Shown here piece after piece: positions 47,435 through 55,101 of a DNA stretch of 55,101 nt. Under the pieces are notes generated by a model. It ran no database searches, was not told where the DNA came from, and was given only the letters and a program-made list of their open reading frames with translations. Each line of letters begins with the position of its first letter. Within the stretch, counting starts at the first letter, position 1. The position numbers and the translations under genes were made by a program. The DNA is from a virus (lineage: Duplodnaviria > Caudoviricetes): IMG/VR virus record IMGVR_UViG_3300023109_000032, positions 1 through 55,101 of that record; one strand, 5' to 3'.

Positions 47435-48249
47435 AAGATCCATATAACATATTAGGAGTAGATAAAGCTTCATCAGAAAATGATATTAAAAAGGCTTATA
47501 GAAAATTAGCTAAAGAGTATCATCCTGATAAAGCAGAAGGCAATGAAGAAAAATTCAAAGAAATTGCAGATGCATATGAAACTCTAAGTAATCCACAAAA
47601 GAAAAATCAGTATGATCAAATGGCAAATAATCCGTTTGCTGATTTTGGGCATGATTTTACTGGTAGTATGTTTGATGATTTATTAAAGAATCAAAATTTT
47701 GCTGGAGCATTTAATCAAAGATATGGTTACAATACGAAAGGTAGAAATACCACGGGTGTTTTGAGAATAACATTAGCCGATGCTTATTACGGTACGAGCA
47801 GAGATGTTGGTATTGGTATGAAAACTATAAAGGTTGACATCCCACCTGGTATAAGAAGCGGGCAGAAGTTAAGATTAAAAGGATTAGGGCAAAGAGGGCA
47901 AACCGAAGATCTTAACGGTGATCTGATTATGACTATAGAAGTTATTAATGATTCTAATTTTTTTGTCGATAACCAAGGTTTACATACAATAAAGAATATA
48001 ACTCTTTACGATGCTATCTTAGGAGGGAAGGAAAGTATTGATTGCTTTGACAAAACTATAACATTTACAATTCCACCTGGTACTATTAATGGAAAAGTAT
48101 TAAGAGTCAAAGGAAAAGGCTTTCCAGTATACAAGCAATCTACATTTTCTGATTTGCTTATAAGCATTATAGTAGATATACCAATAAACTTAGATGAAGA
48201 AGATAAGAAATTAATACAAAAAATAAAAGATAAACATAATGGAAAATAA
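47425..48249 (+). CDS. DnaJ/CbpA-type co-chaperone (no Zn finger)
   Basis: DPYNILGV, IKKAYRKLAKEYHPD, IPPG..GQKLRLKG, LRVKGKG. Confidence 0.93.
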   Translation: MEMKDPYNILGVDKASSENDIKKAYRKLAKEYHPDKAEGNEEKFKEIADAYETLSNPQKKNQYDQMANNPFADFGHDFTGSMFDDLLKNQNFAGAFNQRYGYNTKGRNTTGVLRITLADAYYGTSRDVGIGMKTIKVDIPPGIRSGQKLRLKGLGQRGQTEDLNGDLIMTIEVINDSNFFVDNQGLHTIKNITLYDAILGGKESIDCFDKTITFTIPPGTINGKVLRVKGKGFPVYKQSTFSDLLISIIVDIPINLDEEDKKLIQKIKDKHNGK

Positions 48250-48526
48250 TTATGGTAACGGATTTAATGATGACTTTATTAAAAGTTTATTATTAACATT
48301 AGAGCAAACTGATTTTGCAGAGTTTATGAATCTTTCATATGCCGTGATGATGCATAACCCTAGTCAAATATTAAAAAGAAAGGATGCAATGGAATCTAAA
48401 GTAAAAGCAATAGATGGATTAATAAAATATTTTGAAGAAGTTGAAGAATACGAAAAATGTACTAACTTACAAAAACTTAAGCAGTTATTATTTTTAAACA
48501 CATCAGATGATAAAGATAATATATGA
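48239..48526 (+). CDS. protein with C-terminal UVR-like helix
   Basis: YFEEVEEYEKCTNLQKL. Confidence 0.6.
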   Translation: MENNYGNGFNDDFIKSLLLTLEQTDFAEFMNLSYAVMMHNPSQILKRKDAMESKVKAIDGLIKYFEEVEEYEKCTNLQKLKQLLFLNTSDDKDNI

Positions 48527-48552
48527 GAATAAATAATATAACAAATTAGAAT

Positions 48553-49140
48553 ATGAAAACAAACTTAATTATAACAGATGACTTTTATCAAGATCCTGAT
48601 GAAATTCGCAAGTTTGCACTAAATGAAGAATTTAATGTAAAAGGTAATTACCCAGGACAAAGGACAAAGACTTATCATGATTGGCCAGGCTTAAAAGAAG
48701 GTATTCAAGGTATAGTACAGAATGCTGGTGGTAAAATAACATGGTATGAATCTGAATATACTTCATGCTTTCAATATACAACTAAAAATGATTCTAGCTG
48801 GATTCATCCTGATCATACAACAATGTGGGCAGGTGTTTGTTACTTAACACCTAACGCTCCTACTAGTGGAGGTACTGGATTATTTAGGCATAAAGAAACT
48901 GGGTTAGAGAGACCACCTAAATTAGCAAATGGTAGTCATGATGAAGAATGGTTAAGCAAACACTGTTGGCCACATAGTAGAGATTTTTCTAAATGGGATA
49001 TGACTGCTATGGTAGGTAATGTTTATAATCGCCTTGTTTTATATAGAGGTGATTTATTTCATTCTTCTTTAGATTATTTTGGCGAAGGTCTTAATGATGG
49101 CAGACTATTTCAAACATTCTTTTTTAACACAGAATATTAA
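48553..49140 (+). CDS. 2OG-Fe(II) oxygenase-like protein (DUF6445-like)
   Basis: DDFY.DPD, YPGQRT, WIHPD, WAGVCYL, GGTG, NRLVLY..FH, RLFQTFF. Confidence 0.8.
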   Translation: MKTNLIITDDFYQDPDEIRKFALNEEFNVKGNYPGQRTKTYHDWPGLKEGIQGIVQNAGGKITWYESEYTSCFQYTTKNDSSWIHPDHTTMWAGVCYLTPNAPTSGGTGLFRHKETGLERPPKLANGSHDEEWLSKHCWPHSRDFSKWDMTAMVGNVYNRLVLYRGDLFHSSLDYFGEGLNDGRLFQTFFFNTEY

Positions 49141-49325
49141 ACTAAACACATATGAACATTTTAGAATTTATATTTTCATCTTTTTGGCATTTTGCCGGAA
49201 CAGTATTTCTATTACTTATTTTAGTATCATGGAAACCCTTTTCATTAAATAATCAAGGGTTAACTTCAAAGCAATTTGAAAAATTAATTAAAAATCTTAA
49301 AAACAAAAAAGAGGATTAATTATAT

Positions 49326-49398
49326 TGTGCCTTGGTGTAACTGGCAACACGTCTGGTTTTGGTCCAGAAGAGTAGAGGTTCGATCCCTTTAGGCACAA
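49326..49398 (+). tRNA. tRNA-Gln(TTG), no encoded CCA
   Basis: Acceptor TGTGCCT/AGGCACA; TCTGG-TTTTGGT-CCAGA; GGTTCGATCC. Confidence 0.93.
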
Positions 49399-49402
49399 CA
49401 TA

Positions 49403-49477
49403 CGGGATGTAGCGTAGTCCGGTCATCGCGCCGCGTTTGGGACGCGGAGGTCGCAGGTTCGAATCCTGCCATCCCGA
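49403..49477 (+). tRNA. tRNA-Pro(TGG), no encoded CCA
   Basis: Acceptor CGGGATG/CATCCCG; CCGCG-TTTGGGA-CGCGG; GGTTCGAATCC. Confidence 0.95.
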
Positions 49478-49491
49478 CAACACTGTTTCAG

Positions 49492-49588
49492 AATTGTTAA
49501 TAACTTTTTGAAAATAACGTGAATTTATAGTTCAGAACCGAGAAAATTGTATTATATTTATATTATAATAAATTAAACAAAACGGAAT
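49492..49588 (+). promoter_or_regulatory. repeated promoter cassette, copy 8
   Basis: Full cassette; AAACGGAAT-ATG. Confidence 0.85.
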
Positions 49589-50914
49589 ATGACTGAACTA
49601 ACAAACAACTTCGATTATCTACAATCTTTCATTAATGAAATGAACGATTCATCTTCAGGTAATCATAAAATTGCAACCATTAAAAAGTATGCTGATAACT
49701 CAGAGGAAAACGAGGATAGGGAATTTCTACAAAAGATTTTCTACTATACTTATAATCCTTACTTTAAGTATAATGTTACATCCAAGAATTGCAAAAAGAA
49801 TTTTGATTTACTAGGTCACCCTAATACTTATGGTAGTATTTTTACTTTATTGGATGATTTAAGAAATAGAGTTTGTACTGGTCATACTGCTATTGCAAAT
49901 GTTAACAGATTTATTTTAGAAAACAAACAATACGAAACTCTTATCTACAGCATTATTGATAGAGACCTTAAAATGGGTGCTAATACAACATCAATTAATA
50001 AAGCAGTACACTCAGATTTAATTCCAACATTTAAGGTTGCATTAGCAAATCCTTATAATGTAAAAAGAGTAGATTTTCAAAGTGGAGATTGGTACGGTTC
50101 CAGAAAATTAGATGGAGTTCGATGTATTTGCCGAAAGGAAATGAATACAGTAACATTTTATTCTAGAAGTGGTAAAGAATTTTTAACATTAGATAATTTA
50201 GCAAATGAAATTTCTAAGATAGGTGGTGATTTTATCCTAGATGGAGAAATCTGTATGGTTGATAAAGACGGTAATGAAGATTTCCAAGGAATTATGAAAC
50301 AGATTAGAAAAAAGGATCATCAAATAGATAATCCTAAATTCTTTGTATTTGATTATTTAACTTTAGAGGAATTTGATAATAAGGTTGGAACTAAGCCACT
50401 TACTGAAAGGCTTTCAAATGGATATGATTCCCTCCCAGAAAATATTAATTCAGATATGTTAGAATTCTTACCACAGGAACAATTAACAACAGAGGAACAA
50501 TTTACTGAAATGGCAAAGGATGCTGAAGAGGCAGGATTTGAAGGAATCATGGTTAGAAAGAATGTAGGCTATGAAGGTAAAAGAAGCCATAATCTACTAA
50601 AGGTTAAAAAATTCCATGATGCAGAATATACTGTCCTAGATGCAATCAATGGAAATATCCGATGGACAGAAAACGGTAAACAAATAGAAAGAGAATGTTT
50701 AAGCAGTATTACAATTGAACATAAAGGTTGTAAAGTAAATGTAGGATCAGGATTTTCTAAAGAACAGAGAGAAATGTACTATGAATCTCCACAAGATATT
50801 ATTGGTAAGACTGTAACGATTCAGTATTTCGAGGAAAGTAAAAATCAAAACGGAGGATATAGTCTAAGATTTCCTGTATTAAAACATGTTTATGCTAATG
50901 GAAGGGATTGCTAA
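49589..50914 (+). CDS. ATP-dependent DNA ligase
   Basis: RKLDGVR (motif I), LDGEI, FVFD, EGIMVR, LLKVK, VGSGFS, SLRFP. Confidence 0.95.
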   Translation: MTELTNNFDYLQSFINEMNDSSSGNHKIATIKKYADNSEENEDREFLQKIFYYTYNPYFKYNVTSKNCKKNFDLLGHPNTYGSIFTLLDDLRNRVCTGHTAIANVNRFILENKQYETLIYSIIDRDLKMGANTTSINKAVHSDLIPTFKVALANPYNVKRVDFQSGDWYGSRKLDGVRCICRKEMNTVTFYSRSGKEFLTLDNLANEISKIGGDFILDGEICMVDKDGNEDFQGIMKQIRKKDHQIDNPKFFVFDYLTLEEFDNKVGTKPLTERLSNGYDSLPENINSDMLEFLPQEQLTTEEQFTEMAKDAEEAGFEGIMVRKNVGYEGKRSHNLLKVKKFHDAEYTVLDAINGNIRWTENGKQIERECLSSITIEHKGCKVNVGSGFSKEQREMYYESPQDIIGKTVTIQYFEESKNQNGGYSLRFPVLKHVYANGRDC

Positions 50915-50987
50915 TCGCAGACACCTTTTAAGTACATCTAATGTGTTCTACATATTTAATTGATAAATAATAAAAGGAAAATTTAAA

Positions 50988-51569
50988 GTGAGGCTATTTG
51001 AAGCAAATAAAAGAAATGCAATTACCATATTTGATGTGGATGATACTCTTGTAGTTACTCGCAGTAAAATTAAAGTTCATAATCCTAAAACAGGTTTTTC
51101 TACTGAACTTACGCCACAAGAATTTAACACATTTAGGAAAAGACCAAATGACAGAATGGACTTTTCAGATTTCCAAAGTTTAGATATTCTTAAAGCTGGT
51201 AAAATTATAGAATGGGTATTCTCTATTTTAAAAAGAACTATACAAAAAGGTAAAGCGGTTGGGATTATTACAGCAAGAGATGATTCAAGACTTATTCAAC
51301 AATTTTTAGCTCATAACGGAATTAATATAAATCCACAATACATATTTGCTATTAACGATACTTCATTAGGATTTAAAGGTTCTACTTCAGAAAAGAAAAA
51401 AGAAGCATTTAGAAAATTCATAGAAATGGGATTTAATGACTTTACCTTTTTTGATGATGATGAAGAAAATATTAAACTTGCTAAATCATTAAGTAAAGAA
51501 CCTGGCATAAAAATGAGAGCCAAATTAATTAAGAGCAAATGGATACCAAAATTCAGCGACTTCAAATAA
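50988..51569 (+). CDS. HAD-superfamily phosphatase
   Basis: IFDVDDTL, IITAR, FFDDDEENI; GTG start, RLFE|A N-terminus. Confidence 0.8.
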   Translation: MRLFEANKRNAITIFDVDDTLVVTRSKIKVHNPKTGFSTELTPQEFNTFRKRPNDRMDFSDFQSLDILKAGKIIEWVFSILKRTIQKGKAVGIITARDDSRLIQQFLAHNGININPQYIFAINDTSLGFKGSTSEKKKEAFRKFIEMGFNDFTFFDDDEENIKLAKSLSKEPGIKMRAKLIKSKWIPKFSDFK

Positions 51570-52012
51570 AGATATCTACATTTACAAAGATTTTAGAAAA
51601 TATAAAAAATCTTTCTAATTCATCCACTACTAAAGTAGGTTGTATTGCACTAAGAAAAGATTTTAGCAAAATTGCTAGTTTTGGATATAATGGGTCTTAT
51701 AGCGGTGCTAATATAAATGAAGATACTGGTACTGAAGAAGATAGTCTTGAGCCAGGTGAAAGTGGCTTTATTCATGCTGAGGTAAATATGATAGCTAAGT
51801 TTAAAGAATATGATCCTGAAAATTACATTGTTCTTTTAACTTTATCACCTTGTAAAATGTGTACAAAAATTTTGGTTAATGCAGGATTTAAGCATGTATA
51901 TTGGATAGATAATTATCGTAATCTAGATCACCTACAAATTTTTAAACAATCTAAAATCACACACGGGCCTATATCATGTCTTACTGATGACTACCATCTA
52001 ATCAAAGACTGA
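51539..52012 (+). CDS. dCMP deaminase
   Basis: KVGC, FGYNG, IHAEVN, LSPCKMC. Confidence 0.9.
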   Translation: MDTKIQRLQIKISTFTKILENIKNLSNSSTTKVGCIALRKDFSKIASFGYNGSYSGANINEDTGTEEDSLEPGESGFIHAEVNMIAKFKEYDPENYIVLLTLSPCKMCTKILVNAGFKHVYWIDNYRNLDHLQIFKQSKITHGPISCLTDDYHLIKD

Positions 52013-52037
52013 ATATATAACAAAAAAGTAGACTCCA

Positions 52038-52613
52038 TTGATTTTAGAAGGAATATCATTTAAACTAGCTTTAGACTTCTTTATCTTTTTGAAAAAAAAT
52101 AAAATAACCTCAACTAACATTAAGGTTGATTTTTTTGATAGGGTAAAGCATGAATACATTGACTTTGCAGATGTTACTGCAATGGAAAAGTATTTTCAAA
52201 AAAACTACATACCTCTTGATAATTGTAATTTAGGAGATTTGGTTTCTATTTCATTTTTCTTAGCCGCGAGTGATCTTTATGATTTTAGTACAGAATTTAA
52301 AGCAATAGATGTTACTAATAATTTAAAACTTGAAACAGGCTCTGCGTATGATAGACAAAGAAACTCTGGTAGAAAGGTATTTATAGACAGGCAAGTTCAA
52401 CTAATAAAGAATGCAGTTACTGATTATGTAAAGTATTATTCAGAGCTAAAATATATTTATGTAACTGGAATTTATTCACCATGTTATGCAGTACCTGGTT
52501 GGTCAGAAAACACTTGGTATCTTAAATCATTTAGAGAAGCCTTTACTTCTGTAAAAGACACTTCACAATTCCCATATAATGATATAAAGATTGAAGAATA
52601 TCCACCAAACTAA
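52038..52613 (+). CDS. hypothetical protein
   Basis: ORF track (TTG start); late-like AATATATA upstream. Confidence 0.6.
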   Translation: MILEGISFKLALDFFIFLKKNKITSTNIKVDFFDRVKHEYIDFADVTAMEKYFQKNYIPLDNCNLGDLVSISFFLAASDLYDFSTEFKAIDVTNNLKLETGSAYDRQRNSGRKVFIDRQVQLIKNAVTDYVKYYSELKYIYVTGIYSPCYAVPGWSENTWYLKSFREAFTSVKDTSQFPYNDIKIEEYPPN

Positions 52614-52654
52614 AGATATAAGAAAGAAGAATAAATAAAAAAATATTTAACTCA

Positions 52655-55101
52655 ATGGCAACGTCATTTAACCTACAAGAATATATTCTTTTTAGAACAG
52701 AAATAAAAAGAGAGCTTACCAATAATGAAGTAGACACTAATTTTAAAATGGTGGCTAATCCTTGGGAAGATACTAGAATATATGAAATAGGAAACATTGT
52801 ATATCATCCGGTAATAGTAGATGATCCCTCAACAACAGGATTAGATCAAGTCTTAGCTTGGTGGAGAGCAAACGTTAGAACTACACAAGGTGTGTTTGAT
52901 ACATTTCAATGGGATATGATTGGAGGTATTGGTTCTGGTAATATTAATATACAAGGCGCGAATAGTTTTGGTAAAATTAAAGTTAACTCTACCGCACCAA
53001 CTGGAGCTTTACAAGCTGGTTTTGATGCATTAGTAGAATCGTCAACTCCTAATGATACTTTTAATTTTATTGCAGGCCAAGGAATACAATTACAATATAA
53101 CCTATCTTCTAAATCAATAAAAGTTGTAAATACATTAGCATCCAATCCAGGTGAAGTAAATATTGGAGAAAATATAGGTCTGGGTGCTACACATCAAGAT
53201 ATCTATTCAGGCAAAGTTGGTGTTAATCTACAATTTTATGGTTTAGATTCAACCAATACTGGAGCGGGAACTGCATTAACTATAAGTACTGATTCCACAT
53301 TACAGAATGTTGTTTACAATTTTGATGAAGGTGAAGTTGACTTAGCTCAATTAAATAGTGGAGCACCAACAATTGGTATGTTATCAAATGTAGCGACCGG
53401 TGCAGATACTCCTGCTGCTAACGGGTATATTTTACAATGGAGTGCTAGTGCTGGTGAATATCAACCAATACCAATAGGTTCATTAGGACAAGTAAATATT
53501 TATGGTAGTGATGGGTCAATAGGTTCTGCTACTAGAATTGTTTCATTAAGTGGGTCTGCAGGCCAATTACAATTTAATAGACTTACTAATACAAAAACAG
53601 GTTTACATATTGATAATACAGCAACAACACATCAATTACAACTTAGAGTTGAAAGTGCTACTGGGAATGCTGCAACTCAATATGCATTAAATTCTGTAGT
53701 AGTAGCAACTGCTGGTATTTATGGTACTGATGGTTCCTTTGGTATTAATTTTGGTGCTACTGGTTTACAGGGGTTGAGCGTTGATGGTTTAAGTATATCT
53801 TCAAATAATGAATTATATGTTCCTCAACTGGCGTCTGATACAATAACAACAGTAGAATCATTTAGGATTCCTTTAGTTGATATAGGTGTTGCAAGTACAG
53901 GTAAGTTTGATTCTGGTGATCAATATGAAGTATCATCGTATTCAACTGATGCACCTAATACTTATTTAAGAGTTTCACAGAAAGGTGAATACTATTTAAG
54001 GTCTGGTAACCAAAGCGGCCAAACAGATTCTAAATCATTTTTAATCGATGTTGAGCATGATTATTCAAATGGATTAATTGATGGGTTTGGTTTATACATG
54101 AATTATAAGACACCTACAAATATTGAAGGTGTTAATATTTTACAGTGGATGGACAAGGCAGACAGTCGTTATATAGGAAACCAAATACAAACAGATATAA
54201 CAAGTGACGATGCTACTAAATACATTGGTTCTAATATATCGCTATCTTATAAGACAGGTTTATCAATTACTGTTGGGGAAATGATATCATTCACAGAGGC
54301 ATCAGCAGGTGGGTCTCCACAAACAATAGGTTTATATTCTAATGTTGTAGATACATTTGCTCAAAATGAACAAGACGGTGAAGCAATTCTAACCAGCTTA
54401 ATTGCTGACAGTGGAACATGGGCTGGTTATTTTGTAGGTTGTGTTAATATAGATCAAGGTGGATTAGTTCTTCCTTCTACAAGTTTTGCAAATAGGCCAT
54501 TATGTAATGATGTAAGTGGTGGAAATATTGATGATAGGATATTATGGATTAATTCTGCAAATGGCCACTTATACAGAGGGACTGTTGATATTGAAGCAGG
54601 AACTGGCGGTAGCTCAACATTAAGCGGTTTAACTGATGTTTCAATTACAAATATACAGGATGATCAATTGCTTGTATATAATAGTTCTACTAATGTATGG
54701 GAGAATGCATCTTTAGCTGCTTATAATTTAAATGCAGTTGGATTATCAAATGGGGCTGTAAGTATCCAATTAAGTGATGGGGCTGCAAGTAGCGATGTTG
54801 ATTTAGTACCTGGTTCAAATATCTCGTTTGTTGTAAATGAAATAACTGATGAAATAACAATCAATGCTGTTGGTGGTGGTGCACAAGGACCACAAGGACC
54901 ACAAGGCCCACAAGGGTCTGGTGAAACTGGAGCAACTGGAATCCAAGGTCCACAAGGTCCACAAGGTCCACAAGGTTCTGGTGAAACTGGTGCAACTGGT
55001 ATTCAAGGCCCACAAGGTCCACAAGGTATTCAAGGTCCACAAGGGTCTGGTGAAACTGGTGCAACTGGTATTCAAGGCCCGCAAGGACCGCAAGGTATTC
55101 A
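52655..55101 (+). CDS. tail fibre-like structural protein with collagen-like region (3'-truncated by window)
   Basis: ATG at 52655, in frame with the collagen repeats and apparently open to the window end; [10 protein letters not shown] and LSGLTDV..QLLVYNS..WEN fibre-type motifs. Confidence 0.8.
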   Translation, partial: MATSFNLQEYILFRTEIKRELTNNEVDTNFKMVANPWEDTRIYEIGNIVYHPVIVDDPSTTGLDQVLAWWRANVRTTQGVFDTFQWDMIGGIGSGNINIQGANSFGKIKVNSTAPTGALQAGFDALVESSTPNDTFNFIAGQGIQLQYNLSSKSIKVVNTLASNPGEVNIGENIGLGATHQDIYSGKVGVNLQFYGLDSTNTGAGTALTISTDSTLQNVVYNFDEGEVDLAQLNSGAPTIGMLSNVATGADTPAANGYILQWSASAGEYQPIPIGSLGQVNIYGSDGSIGSATRIVSLSGSAGQLQFNRLTNTKTGLHIDNTATTHQLQLRVESATGNAATQYALNSVVVATAGIYGTDGSFGINFGATGLQGLSVDGLSISSNNELYVPQLASDTITTVESFRIPLVDIGVASTGKFDSGDQYEVSSYSTDAPNTYLRVSQKGEYYLRSGNQSGQTDSKSFLIDVEHDYSNGLIDGFGLYMNYKTPTNIEGVNILQWMDKADSRYIGNQIQTDITSDDATKYIGSNISLSYKTGLSITVGEMISFTEASAGGSPQTIGLYSNVVDTFAQNEQDGEAILTSLIADSGTWAGYFVGCVNIDQGGLVLPSTSFANRPLCNDVSGGNIDDRILWINSANGHLYRGTVDIEAGTGGSSTLSGLTDVSITNIQDDQLLVYNSSTNVWENASLAAYNLNAVGLSNGAVSIQLSDGAASSDVDLVPGSNISFVVNEITDEITINAVGGGAQGPQGPQGPQGSGETGATGIQGPQGPQGPQGSGETGATGIQGPQGPQGIQGPQGSGETGATGIQGPQGPQGI
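54878..55101 (+). repeat. collagen-like tandem repeat (GPQ)[12 protein letters not shown]
   Basis: 9-nt GGNCCACAA units within 60-69 nt higher-order repeats. Confidence 0.92.

Noticed and set aside
54815-55093. Minus-strand repetitive ORFs (54815..55093, 54861..55064)
   Set aside because: Shadows of the + strand collagen repeat

Overview
This 55-kb window looks like part of a large, AT-rich, T4-like (jumbo/huge) dsDNA phage genome. Genes are densely packed and almost all on the + strand, in the standard code. The host is probably a Bacteroidota/Flavobacteriales bacterium, inferred from T9SS-type C-terminal sorting domains, a Bacteroidota-type bS21 and the lack of Shine-Dalgarno sequences. 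Recognisable genes: KdsD, KdsB, ClpC-MgsA-ClpP, UvsE, a CCA-adding-family enzyme, RmlB, ThyA, a RadA-like ATPase, bS21, DnaJ, ATP-dependent DNA ligase, dCMP deaminase, several glycosyltransferases, four canonical tRNAs and a collagen-containing fibre that runs off the right end. Main leads: (1) a secreted-protein operon with split cohesin/dockerin modules, a T9SS anchor, a CsgG-like protein and a beta-barrel, possibly a phage-built surface appendage; (2) three clusters of proteins with capsid-targeting-like leaders and repeated [LVI]-x-E linkers, possibly protease-processed capsid polyproteins; (3) a tRNA-like RNA whose D-loop-like motif lies 3' of the anticodon arm; (4) an AACGGAA leader motif before six start codons, with its antisense displayed in a hairpin loop upstream of a terminator (candidate sRNA circuit); (5) a non-coding island at 35.1-37.2 kb with helically phased CTA repeats, GTACTC repeats and a local skew flip (candidate ori/pac/terminus); (6) three promoter-like motif classes, one within a ~90-110 bp cassette repeated eight times. 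All calls were made by eye; no database searches were run.
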